The notes under the pieces: generated by a model
What the model saw: the letters and a program-made list of their open reading frames with translations, nothing else
The model's database searches: none
Told to the model about the DNA's origin: nothing
Made by a program: the position numbers and the translations under genes
Shown here: positions 52,687 through 64,000 of the stretch, one piece after another
How the letters are laid out: each line of letters starts with the position of its first letter
How positions within the stretch are numbered: the first letter of the stretch is position 1
NCBI GenBank assembly: GCA_965240325.2
Contig: OZ251227.1
Coordinates: 2,232,001-2,296,000, forward strand
Source of the DNA: Rebecca billardiae RCC1528
Lineage: Eukaryota > Protista > Haptophyta
DNA length: 64,000 nt
Reading direction: 5' to 3'

Positions 52687-54119
52687 GCCCCGAGCACCGC
52701 CCTGCCTCGCGGCCGTCTGGTGCGGTGACCAACTTCGTGCTGGCCGGCAAGCCTGCCGTGGCGGCGCCGTTTGGCTGCCGACGGCGATTGAGCCGGGCGC
52801 ACTGGAATGTGCTTGGCAGCCCTGCGTGGGAGCGGCTTGTGAGCGTGTGCGATGAGCGGCCTGCCCACATGGTTCGCACGTCTGCTGCTGCCTGATCTGG
52901 GGCCGTCGGTGTCGCAATCCGAGACTGGGCTAGTGGGACTGCATACAGGCTCAGCGGCATCCTGTGTTGATGCACTGCAAGCTCCAAGTTGCCGTGGTAC
53001 TCAGCCCGCTGATGGATGAGCACATACTACTATGCTCCATGGATTCGGTTACGCCTCACGGCCACGGGTCTGACTGAGCCGTGCCGCCCGCGCCACCGCG
53101 CGGCCGCGCTCTTCAGAGGTCCACGTGAGCCACGTGAGGAGCCTGTGGTGAGTGTGGGACGGCGCGACTCGGCCTTGGGGCTCGTCGTTGGACGTTCGGA
53201 CTTTGCCTTTGACAGTCGCGCAGGCTCGAACGACCCGAACGGCCGCTGTACCGCGGCCAGCGCAGGGTGAGGCCGAATCACCGGCACCGGGCCGGGCGGA
53301 CTGTCACTGACTGTCCGACTGGTTACGGTGCCAACCGTCTAAATCGTACCGTAGACTCCGTAGTCTGAACTCACTGGCTCAGAATTATAATCAGTTATTT
53401 AATAAAAGTATAACACGTGTGTCACGCGTATAGCAGCTAGTACGTTGAGGATGACTCCCGGACTGTGTAGTCCGCCGTATACTGTCTGTATCGATCACGC
53501 AGCGTTTCTGTACCGCTTGCCAAACTAACGTGCGAGATCGGCACGCCGAGGCCCCCAAAAAAACATTTTCTGTGCTTCGTCGGACCAATAGACTAAACGA
53601 AGATCGGCTAGGAGATCGGAAGAGAATCAGCTTTGCAGCCGAAGGCCCTCTTGGGAGTCGGAGCTCCTTCCAAGCAGGGCGGCGCGGCCTCACCGCCGCC
53701 GCCGCGTCTGGGAGAGGAATCTCGGAATTCCTCAACGACACCATGAGCACGCTGCCCGGCGTCGCCGGCGCCGCGCACGTGGCGTTGCCCTCGGCGCGCT
53801 CCTCGGGGGAGCACGACGAACACGCGCTGCCCGCACCCGTCGACGCCTTCCTCTTCGCCTTGGGCGCGCTCGTGCTATGGAACCTGCGAGTGCAGGAGCA
53901 GAAGCTCTTTATCTAAATGTCGTGCGGCACCCGTTGGCCCGAGTGCACGCCGCGCCGCGCCGTGCTGAGGGGGCAAGCATGCGCGGCTGGGCGCCGCTCG
54001 GCCGGCTGCTGAGGTCGCGCAAGTCGGTGAATTCGGCGCGCGACCCGAGGCTCCCCAGCGAGGAGTCGAGCAGATGGATGTCCCATCTGCGGCTTACGGA
54101 GAGGCTGAACCGTTATGCG

Positions 54120-56345
54120 GTACGATGACGAGCACGCATGGCGATGTTTACAAGGTCGTCGACACCCAGGGTGGGCTGGCTATGGTGAAGCTCACACGAC
54201 GCGCGTCCGCCGAGAACAGCACAGCCCGATGCAAGGCCCAGCTTCTCAGGAAGCTCAGGTACGCGTCCGGCGCGCTGCCTGGATGCAGCACGCACATCAC
54301 AGTGCCCCTCGTCGCCCGCCGCCGTTCGCTTGTACGCCTGCAGGTGGAGGTGTCCACTGCGTACCAGTATTCATTGGGACGGGCGACGCCCGAGGACAGA
54401 GGGCGATGGGCATATCCTGGCACGGCAGGGTTCCATTCCAATTCAGCCCTCGCGGCACGCGCGCGCGCCGTACGCGCGCGCAGTTCTTCACGATCACCTC
54501 ACGGCCGGGGCGCGACGCGCGCGCGCCCGGCGGCCTTAGTCAGGAGGCGGCGTGACTCTGACGATCGTGGAGACGGACTTTGTATACCTCTGTGGATGGC
54601 GGCATCGGACGCAGCTGAGTGACTTCAAGGTCCGGACCCGGGCGCCGAGACCGCGGACAGACTCGTAGATTTTGGACGCCGGACGCGGTCCTGACCGCTG
54701 ACACCCTGACGAGTGACGGCTGACCTGCACCGGCCGCGCCGGAGCCTGGTGCCGGGCGCGGCAGCGCCGGGCGCGCCTCAGACAGGAGTCAGCTGGCATC
54801 AGGCTCCCGCTCAGGGCCGCGCAGGCGGCCTACATCAGCCTTACTGCTGCGGTACGGCTGATGCTATCTATATACTTATATGATCAGCATGCTGCTATAT
54901 ATGAATATGATGCCATCTGCTCAGTCTCAGTAAGTCAGATCAGATCCGCCGGCGTCTTCTCACGACTTCTGTCTTGCGCGGACCGACTTAGGCCGGGCGT
55001 CACGGTGTAACTGCTCGGACCCGCGTGCCACTCGGACAGCGGCTCCGGCTCCCGCCCCGGTGCCGCACTCGACTGGCGACCGACTGGCGCCGCTGTCTCG
55101 TCACTGACGCGTACGGCGGACGGTCTGACGGACTGACACGTCGAGTCCGACTGTCCGAGCCCTCGTCGGCTACTACGGAGTACGGTGCTATGACTGTCTC
55201 ACGTTATCGAACTGACGCGTGTCTCAGTCTGGCTCTCCTGTCTCCGTCGATCCGACTCGTCTGTCGGACCGTGCGGTCATCCGTGCCGGTCCGGAGAGTA
55301 CAAGTCACGCACTGAGTCTGAGTCCGGCGGTCCCGGAGTGACCGTCGGACTGACAGTCTGACTGCTGGAGCAGTATCTGAGCGGTACTAGCCGACGGTAC
55401 GGACGTAGTTTAAGTTTTGAATAAGTTTGCAATGGCGACGGCGCCCGTTGGCCGTTTAGATTATTAATCGATCGACGACGATAATATTTAGCGCGCGCGG
55501 CATGACAGCCGGCATGACGATCGAGCCCGACGCGCCGAACTTCTCGGAGGAGGCCTGAGCACTGTCGTGACCGTTGCCAACGGTCACGACTCCGGACACC
55601 CTGGGACTGGCTGGGTGGGCGGCCGCGGGCCAGCCCGGTCATTACGCGGCAGCCGTCGTCCGTGTGTGACTGAACGACGCGGACTCGTCAGCCGGACGAC
55701 TGACTGGCGGCGGCACCGCGTCCCGCACTCCGCCGCGCCGGCGGCGCGTCGGCGCGCGGCGACGCAGGCTTGGTGCACGACCGCGAAGGCACGGCAGCCG
55801 AAGCCAGTTGCGTAGGCGACTGCGTCAGCACGTGTGCGCCCCGGACTCGACCGTCTGCCGCACAACGGAGCCTGTTGCCGCCACGCAAGCCCAGCGGCGC
55901 GCGCTGCGCACGCTCGGACCGCGCGGGCTGGCTTGCCCTCAGCTGTCCTCGCGCATCGCCTGTCCCAATCAATACGGGTACGCCGTGGACGCCTCCACAA
56001 GCCGAAGGCGAAGGGCGTGATCATCGAGTGCCTCGGATGCCAGCAGAAGGAGTTTGGCATCGGCACGGACGTCGGTGGGTGGACGTTCGACGGCACCGAC
56101 AAGCACTCCATGACCGAGTCTGCCAGCTTCATGTACCGCCGCTTCTGCTTCGGCCCGATGCGTGAGACGACGTACGTGCTGAGCGGGCCGCAAGCCACTC
56201 GGCGGCCGGTCCACGCCGCACGCGGGGTGCGGCCAAGCTCGGCCTGACGGCGGTGTGGTTGCCAGCGGTCGGGCGTCGTGTGAGTTTCACCGCAGGCCGC
56301 CCACCCTGCGCATTGACGACCATGCAAACGTCGCCGTACGCGCCC
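54120..56345. repeat. Two diverged, inverted copies of an unclassified repeat (about 54120-54410 and 55930-56345)
   Basis: Conceptual peptides GDVYKVVDTQGGLAMVKLTRR vs GDVCMVVNAQGGRPAVKLTRR and VEVSTAYQY vs VEASTAYPY lie on opposite strands. Confidence 0.65.
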
Positions 56346-58464
56346 GATCCCGCACGAGTTGCCTTGCACAGTAAGCCGTATGGCCCATCGTGGACGCCCT
56401 TCGCAAGCTGTCGCCACTTCGCCGCGGTCTCCTAGTTTTCCGCTCCCGCAAGCCTTCAACTTTGCTTGAGACCCCTTCGACCGCTGAGAAACCCGCACAA
56501 ATCCAGCGAACAGTGGCCGAGATGCTAACAAGATTGCAGCTAGGCCGAATCGGCATCATCGTGCCTTTCGGGATGACGATTGGCTCTTTCAACTTTGATT
56601 CCAAAGATTCATAAAGATGCTATTGAGATAATATGTCTCACTTTGTCCCGGGAGAAGTTGAGATGATCCATCGACCGACCAATGGGAAGGCAGAACCGCG
56701 GGCATCGCGAAAAAAAGCGTGAATTGTTCGCGGGTTGCGGCCCAGGCCCGACAAAAAACGCAGCGTATAGTTGTACTACTACCGGGCCTCGCCCTCCGCG
56801 GAGTATACCCGGAGTCCCGCTAACCCGGTCTCGCGGGGCGCCGCGGGCTGACGCCGCCGGCGGCCTGCTCGGCAACTATCCGCAAACAAAGTGTCGCGGT
56901 CCGGCACCGCGGCCGTCACACTCACACCAGACAGTCACCGTCGGATGGAAATTGATGGATTCAGCAGATGAGTGAGATGGCGTAGTGACTTAGGATATGA
57001 AATTACGACAATAGATACTGTAACTACTACCCTGTAAGCTAGCAGTAGCTGTAGCAGTGTCTGTTTTATTTAGATGAAAACTGTAAAATTATATAAATAA
57101 AATAATCAATAAAATCACATCAATGATAATTCGGTCTGCTCCGAGACTCGGTGGGCGTCACTAACTACAGGCAATCGCGGGCACTATAAGGAGCTGTCAC
57201 GTTAAGAAACTGGGGCTTGCTATCTGCGGATCTGGCCTCAGAAACTGAGACTAGAGCGATTGCCGGATTGGCTGGTTCGCTGTACGGCTAGTAGTTACGC
57301 ATAGGCACACTAAGCACGGAAACCGGGACTACTGTAACTACGTCGCCGGTCGCGGCTGACAAGTGGTCCGCCGAGGCGCCGTGCCGCCCGTGGGACGCGG
57401 CGCGCGGCCCGACTACGAGTACAGGCTGCCAAGTCCCGACTTCTCCTGATTGATGACTGACTCCTGGCCAGTGCACCGCAGCGTCCATGCAACATCGATC
57501 ATGGCCAGATTTGCTCCAAAATGGCCCAAAATTCTCTCCGGCCTCCGCCTCGCCGGCCCGGGGCCTAGTGAATAAAGACTCAGAGGGGCCCTCTGCGGCC
57601 CCCTGACTCCCCTGCGCCCCCGGCCGCGCAGCCTGCGCGGCAGGCGCGGACCTAGCTAAGAAACTGCTAAGACTCCGTCCGCCAGGCGCTCGGGGCTACC
57701 GAACTCAGTCCGCGAACCCGGGGCTAAGAAACCGAGACTAGCCGTTAGCCGTAGTTACGAGATCTCTGACTCGTCTTATTGCCCGCCGCTTCGAGGCCTG
57801 CTAGTCGGCTGTCCGTACCGTGCCGTCTTAGCACCGTTCAGTCAAGTCAGAGTGTCATCTGACATCTCCTGAGGCTGAGACTTCAGACGGACTCTTCAGA
57901 CTCGCGATGAATCGTCCGCGTCCGGCGTCGGACTCAGCCGATCGATGACGATGGTGCCGGCCGGGCCCGATCCGACGGGCCGCGCCGCACAGCGCCGCAC
58001 CGTAGCCGAGTTAGGCCCGGCCCATCGGCGGTCGCGGATAATTTATTAATTAGTCATTATTAGGCGTGCGGGACGATCAATGACGGCGGGAATCATCAGG
58101 GCACGACCAACCAGGCGCTGCTGCTGCCAGCACCAGCACTGTGAGCGGCCAGGCTGACGAGGCTAGCTGCTGAGCGCCTGAGTCTGAGCCTGAGGCTATG
58201 TGGCGAATGTGGCCAGCGCGGTTGGTCACTCGCGGGCCGCCAACGTCGAACGTGACGTCACTGACTCATCGCCGCGCACCGTGCCCCAACTCGGGCGGGC
58301 CCACTCGCCGGAGTCCGCGAGGCCGCTCCCAATGACTAATGGGCTGACTCGGCTTGTTTGGATGGTTAGCCCACAACCACCGGCGAGCAGCAGAAAGTCC
58401 CTTCGCGCGAGTTGTCGAGGACACTGCTCCATGCTCCACACGCACTCATGTTGCAACGCAAAGG

Positions 58465-58750
58465 TCACGATCCTGAGGTGATTCTGTCGATCTTCTTGTC
58501 TCGGCGGAGCAGCATGCGATCCCATGTGTCGACTTTGGTGTGCCGTTTCTGCGCAGCGCGGGGTGGCGGGCACGGACGCAAGAGTCAAGCGGGAGTAGGA
58601 GGTGATGTGCCCTTTCGCTGCTTGTTATGCACGCGGCTTTGTGTGCCGCACCTCGCCGGTGCCGATGTAGTGGACGACGGGAAGGATACCGCCAACGATG
58701 CCCATGATGGCCGTGATGATGCCAAAAGGCACCGCTGACTGAAGAGGCAT
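58465..58750 (-). CDS. NDUFA1: NADH dehydrogenase complex I subunit NDUFA1 (MWFE)
   Basis: With intron 58549-58651 removed: MPLQSAVPFGIITAIMGIVGGILPVVHYIGTGEKRHTKVDTWDRMLLRRDKKIDRITSGS* (60 aa), showing the PxxII and WDxxxxxRD motifs. Confidence 0.85.
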
Positions 58751-61700
58751 GTCGAGATCGCTGCTCGACGCCCCGCACCCCTTCTTCGCCGAGGCACGGC
58801 TCTCTGCCGCTGCTTGGGTTGCCGAACCGCAAAATGATGGCCGCCCGGGGCCCAGCGAGCGTGCGTCCGGCGGCACGAATTATTTGCAATAAGTCCAGAA
58901 TTGCGAGAAGTGTCATCCGATAGTGAGAATTCAGAGAATTCAACACCATCAAGGGCGGCGGTTGATTCAACGCAGATGTCGTCACTTTGACACTTATTCT
59001 GGTGAACACAGCTTTAAACAATTTTAATTCGTGAGAAAGCCCTGGGAGACCCAGCTCCGACCCCCTTTAATTGTGTGTGACGTACTGATGGGGAGAGTAA
59101 TACCGGAGTAGGAATACGAAGAATGGGGCCTCAAACGTTTTTTGATTAGGCACGCCTCGGGAATCGAGAACGCACTTGGTTAATTTTTGCGCCAATTAGG
59201 GCACGCCTCGGGAATCGAAGCGCATGTGGTTAATTTTTGCGCGCGCCGCATAGAGATGTCGTTGCGATTCCCACAAATCTGGCGGCGATCTTAGCGGTAC
59301 CCCCTTCTTACCCAGTTCATACCGCCTATACAATACGGTAACGGTACGGACCTGGCGCGCCTCGCCGTGCACCCGCACGAGGCCACGCCCCCCGGCGCGC
59401 GCGCGCCCGCGGCCTCGCACCCAAACTGCGAGACGCCGGCAGCGCTCGACGCGTGCCTCGCGCAGCGCGGCTGGCGAGCACGCTGAACGGCGTGGACGAG
59501 GCGCGCAACGCGGAGCGCCGCGAGGGTCACGCCGCGCGTCGAGCCGAACCGCGCGCGGCGCGCGAGGCCGCCGCAACCGACGCGGTCGCGCGCCATCTGG
59601 GCGTCCGGCGGCAGCAGCGCGCACGACGTGCGGACTGCAGTTGCTGCACGACTACCACGCGTCGATGGCCGACGCGCGCACGCACGGCGTGATCGGTGCG
59701 TGCCGTTGCCGTGCCGCCGTGCCCGAGCGGCCGTGCGCAGCGACGACTGCATCGACTGCATCGACGCGCGCCTCGCTGGCGCCTCGGTGGGCCTTGCAGA
59801 ACTGGGAGAGCCACGCTGCCGCACCTGGCTAATGGCTAAATCGCACACGCGACGCGCGAAGACGCGGCAGCTTGGATGATACCGTTAGTCAGCGCTGAAC
59901 TACGGCCAACTCGTCTCATCGTCGTCGGGTCTGCCGGCCCTGGCAAGCTTCTCCGTCGCGTCCTAGACGCGCTGTGTTCGACCAGCCCCACCGGGAAAAG
60001 GCCGCTAGGCCCCCGCTGTTTATATTTAACGACGTGGCAGCATCGGACAAGCGTCAGGCTCAGAGTGCAACAGACACATAGAATGCGTCCGCGCCTTCCG
60101 TCCAGGTCAGACAGTGCGCCACCCGCAGCCCTGCCCCCCTACGGGAGCGGGGCCGGGATGGAGCACCGCCTCGGCCTGGGGCACGCGGCGGCGACGGCAG
60201 ATGCCGCCGCGGCCGAGCGCCTTCCGGAGCACTTGGATGAGGGTGAGGTCGTAGTCGATGTCGCCGCCCGCCGACCTAGCGGCGAGCAGCTCCGGCAAGC
60301 GGCAGCCGCGGCTGTCGCCCCCGTGCGCCCGCGTGGGCGCCTGGATGAGGATGAGGTCGTAGTACGCGTCGCCGCGCGCCGGCCAAGCGGCGCGCAGCTG
60401 CAGAAGAGGGGCTTGGAGAGTGAGCGCGCCGCCTAGCGCGCTCTGGGCGATGAAGCAGATGAGGTGGTAGTCGATGTCGCAGCCCAGCCCGCCGGCGGGC
60501 TGCTGCAGATGCAGTGCTTGATGCTGGGGAACCTGGCCCCTGGGCGCGTCACACCCCGCACCCCCTGCTCCACCTAGGGTGGAGCGAAGGGCACGGAGGA
60601 GGCCAGCGCCAAGGGCCAGATGGGTGCAGCGGCGTCCACCTGCTGCATCGCCCCCCGAGGCGATGCAGCCGGCGGCCGGCTGGAGAAAGAGGGTGCCAGT
60701 GCCTATCCCGGACCCGCTGCGTGTGGTTGATCTCCGCGTGCACGTGCCAGCGCAGAGCAGTCGAATCGAACGTCGCGGGGTCAGCTGGCGACCCGCGCGC
60801 TCGGCCCGCCCGCCGCGAGACACTCCTGGCGGTGCCCCACCGAGTCCCCGGGAAGGGGGAGCCGGCCGAGGGCCCGTCGGCCGCCGAAGCGACCGGCTGA
60901 GCCGGGACAACCTGAAGGGCGCGTGGGGAAAGGCGGCATGCCTCGTCGCAGGTCCGTGCCCAGTTGCTGTTGGCAATGAACGGTGGCAGAACCCCGCCCC
61001 ACGCGCACGCATCCATGGAGGCTCGCAGGCAGGCAGGCCGAGCGCGCTGGCCGCGCTCGTGCCGCCACCCACGCCGCGTCCGACTGGCTCTGCGAGGGCC
61101 AGCGCGTGCGCACGAAGGGAGGAAGAAGTGGTCGTAGAGGTCGTAGAACTAGTCGTAGTCATGTCGCAGCCAAGCAGGAGTGCCGCGAGGCCGACGAGCG
61201 CGCAGGAGATTGCCGAAGATGAGCATGGGGGAGCACCACAGGCATGCGGCCCCCGCCCCACCAGCCCCGTGTGCTTCGCACCCGGGGCCAGCGAGCGGGG
61301 CGGGGGCCGCGTCGGCGGGCACCATCGCGACGTCGCCAAGGCGTGAGTAAAGCAGAATGGCGCAGGCGCGCAGCCTACTTGGTCATGGGTTCAAACCCCC
61401 AGTTTCCAGGTCTCTCTTCGGAGAGCGTGCGATGAAGGATGGCGCGGCAACCTGCCACCGTGAGCCTTACGCACGTTAAAACAAATAAACTGTATGGCGG
61501 CAGGCATGCACACCACTGAGCCCCTTATGCACACGGGCAGCCTGGTTCGGACTTTTATTACTAGTACGCACTAACTTACGAGATACGGGACTTGTGCTGC
61601 CCCCCTCCAGCCGCTTCAGAGTTCAGGGCGGCGGCCTGACAGTGCGGAGCGGCGCCGCCGGGGGCCACGCACGGCGCGCGCTCGGGCGCGGCCCGTTGTC

Positions 61701-61768
61701 AGAGATGGATGCGGCCGCGCGTCACTCGGCGCAGGCGGAACCACATCAAGCTGTGACCGGGACCCCGC

Positions 61769-63289
61769 TCATCGCTGCACTCGTCGCGCCGAAGGTGCGC
61801 CGGCAGCGCTGCCGGAAGTCGCCCTTGGCGTTCCGCGGAGAGGCCTCCACACCGGCGGGCCCCGCGGCGACGGCGCCCCCGCGGGCTGCAGGAAGGCAGC
61901 GCTGGCCGTGTCGTGCCACGCGGCGGCGCCAGGCTCGGACACACGCGCGAGGCCTGCGGCGTCAGCCTGAAAAGCTCCGTCGCCTGGCCTGCCGGCACGT
62001 GGCACCGCGCGTGCAGCGCTGCCTGGGGCCACGCCGCGCGCGCTCGCTGCCTTCCGCCCGCCCGCACCAGCCGCAGGCGGCGAGCTCCTGCGCATGCCGC
62101 TCCTCACCGGAGCGCCCACTTCCGCGGACAAGCGGCTGAGCTCGCGCTCGGTTGCCGCCAGCCGGCGCGCGAGCTCGTCCACGCGCCGCGCGAGCCGCTC
62201 GGCGCGCGCGTGCTCCGCGCGCCACCGGTGCTCCGCGTTGCGCACCTTGGCGCTGGCGGCGCGCTCGACGACGCGCGCTAGCTGATCGGCCGGGTCGTCG
62301 AAGCGCGGATGGTCGAAGCGCTGCATCGGGGGCTCGTCGGCGTTCGCGCGAGCGTCAGCCGGCGCACGCGATGCCCCAGACGAGCGCGCACCCGCCGCGG
62401 CCGAGGCGGTCGGATGGCGCGCCCCAGTGCCGGCCGCAGCGCGCCCGGCGTCGGGCTCGGGCTCCGACCTCTGATCGACCGGCACGGTGATTGAGAGCTC
62501 GCTCGCACCGGCGGCCGCTGTGTCCGCAGAGGAGGTGCCGGCATGAGCGCAGGCGTACGGCTGGTCACTGTCGCCCCGTGCGGCCCCGCTCAGCTCCGAG
62601 CCGCCATCGAGGTCGTCCAATGCGCCGCCGCCGACGTCAGCGCCGCCGGTGCGCAGCTGGTCGTACCCGCCATGGGAAGCGGCCTCAGCGCGCATGGCGC
62701 CCGCCGTCGCGCGCGCGCGGAGAAGCTCGGCCTCGAGGTCGGCGACGCGCTGCGTGCGCGCGTCAAGCGCGATTGAGACGTGCTCTGAGAGCACGAGCAG
62801 CTTGGACAAGGCCGTGTCGGCAAGCTGCTTCTCCGCGTGGCGCAGGCGCAGCTGCTCGGTGAGCACGTCGACTCTCGCGGCGAGCGCGGCGTCAGCGTCG
62901 GCGGCTCGTGGCGGCGGCTCGGCAGGGGCCACCAGCGCCTTCGGAGCTGCAGGCTCGCTGGCAAGCAGGCGAGCCTCGAGATCATCGATGCGAGCATCCC
63001 GCCGCGCGAGGTTCTCGCGCAGGGTCGTCATGCCCGCCTCCAGCTCCTCGAGCGTCTGCATGAGCGCGTTCAAATCGCCCACCTCCATGTAGCCCCCGCC
63101 GAGCCGGACGCCCGCGTCGGCGTCGTCGCGGGCGGCGTGCTCGCGGCCGGCGAGACGCAGGGCGCGCTGCATCCAGAAGAAGGCCGCCCGCTGCCACAGG
63201 GTGTCCAGCCGCGCCGCCTCGGCGCTGATGGGCGGCACGGCCGGCATCATCGAGCCCGACGAGGAGGCCATCATTCTCGCCCGTCGCAT
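61769..63289 (-). CDS. Hypothetical coiled-coil protein (3' exon structure uncertain)
   Basis: 506-aa ORF with heptad stretches ([29 protein letters not shown]), divergent from RAD51. Confidence 0.6.
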   Translation of the reverse strand: MRRARMMASSSGSMMPAVPPISAEAARLDTLWQRAAFFWMQRALRLAGREHAARDDADAGVRLGGGYMEVGDLNALMQTLEELEAGMTTLRENLARRDARIDDLEARLLASEPAAPKALVAPAEPPPRAADADAALAARVDVLTEQLRLRHAEKQLADTALSKLLVLSEHVSIALDARTQRVADLEAELLRARATAGAMRAEAASHGGYDQLRTGGADVGGGALDDLDGGSELSGAARGDSDQPYACAHAGTSSADTAAAGASELSITVPVDQRSEPEPDAGRAAAGTGARHPTASAAAGARSSGASRAPADARANADEPPMQRFDHPRFDDPADQLARVVERAASAKVRNAEHRWRAEHARAERLARRVDELARRLAATERELSRLSAEVGAPVRSGMRRSSPPAAGAGGRKAASARGVAPGSAARAVPRAGRPGDGAFQADAAGLARVSEPGAAAWHDTASAAFLQPAGAPSPRGPPVWRPLRGTPRATSGSAAGAPSARRVQR

Positions 63290-63466
63290 CGGTGATCGGT
63301 CGCTTGCTCTACAAAGAAAAGGACAGTCAGGTCATTCACTGTTTCAGGTGAGTCAGTCATGGTGTCTACCTGGTACAGGACGAGGACAGCTGGCGAGGAG
63401 GGAGGCCAGTCGTTCGTCCCCTTGGCGGAGGACGGCACCCGCCGTTTGCCCTCAAATCACTGCGTC

Positions 63467-64000
63467 ATGGCGCAGGCCATGGAAGTCGCGCAGGCTACGA
63501 ATGGGGCGCAGACCGAGGCCATGGAGGTGCGTGGCGAGCGTGCGCCGAGCTTGTCCCTCCTCGCATGACGCGCGTCGCGCGCGCTCACGCGCTCCGGTCC
63601 GGGCACGTGCGCGCCGCGCCGGCGCGCGGCCGCAGCCGCAGGAGTCGGGCCTGCTGCTGATCGAGAAGCTCGAGGGCAACGGGACCGGCGTGACCGCCTC
63701 GGACATCAAGAAGCTCAAGGAGAAGGGGTACCACACCGTCGAGTCCGTGATGCACGCGCCGAAGAAGGAGCTCTGCGAGATCAAGGGCCTGAGCGAGAAC
63801 AAGGTCGACAAGATTCTCGAGGCGGTGTACAAACACATTGGCATCGGCTTTCAGACGGCGACCGAGCTGCACCGCACGCGGAAGGACGTGATCTACGTGT
63901 CGACAGGGTGCAAGGAGCTCGACGACGTCCTGCAGGGCGGCATCGAGACCGGCTCGATCACCGAGATGTACGGCGAGTTCCGCACAGGGAAGACGCAGAT
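63467..64000 (+). CDS. RAD51: RAD51 recombinase (5' part, truncated by window end)
   Basis: After intron 63527-63635/63641: [67 protein letters not shown]. Confidence 0.92.

Noticed and set aside
57540-57655. Canonical Helitron 3' end (GC hairpin + CTAG)
   Set aside because: No 5' end or second copy identified, and such hairpins are common at this GC content.
63467-64000. DMC1 as alternative call
   Set aside because: GYHTVES and [21 protein letters not shown] fit RAD51 better than DMC1 (GGIES/TMxITEAF).

Overview
Very GC-rich eukaryotic nuclear DNA with short, GC-rich GT(GC)-AG introns. A haptophyte alga (Pavlovales-like) is my inference, not something the sequence proves. Recognisable genes: an ABCG half-transporter, a tandem-rhodanese sulfurtransferase, an arylsulfatase, mitochondrial uL11, a PAN/Apple protein, cytosolic leucyl-tRNA synthetase, LipB/LIPT2, EMC5/MMGT1, NDUFA1 and the 5' part of RAD51. 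Mobile DNA: a young full-length Ty1/Copia element (17214-25004), a related young gag-only LTR element (2023-5509), and four non-autonomous Helitron2-like elements from two families, arranged as two tail-to-tail pairs. The most unusual candidates are (i) a single-pass receptor joining a Venus-flytrap-like ectodomain to a cytoplasmic HET/TIR-like domain, with a degenerate-HET plus modular-exon LRR gene nearby, which may be an immune or cell-death signalling system; (ii) a LeuRS with an inserted FN3 domain and two C-terminal appendages; (iii) a Copia polyprotein with a MYND-like finger, no integrase HHCC motif and no canonical PBS; (iv) a FERM-polyproline-WH2 actin regulator. All domain calls come from motif reading by eye; no searches were run.
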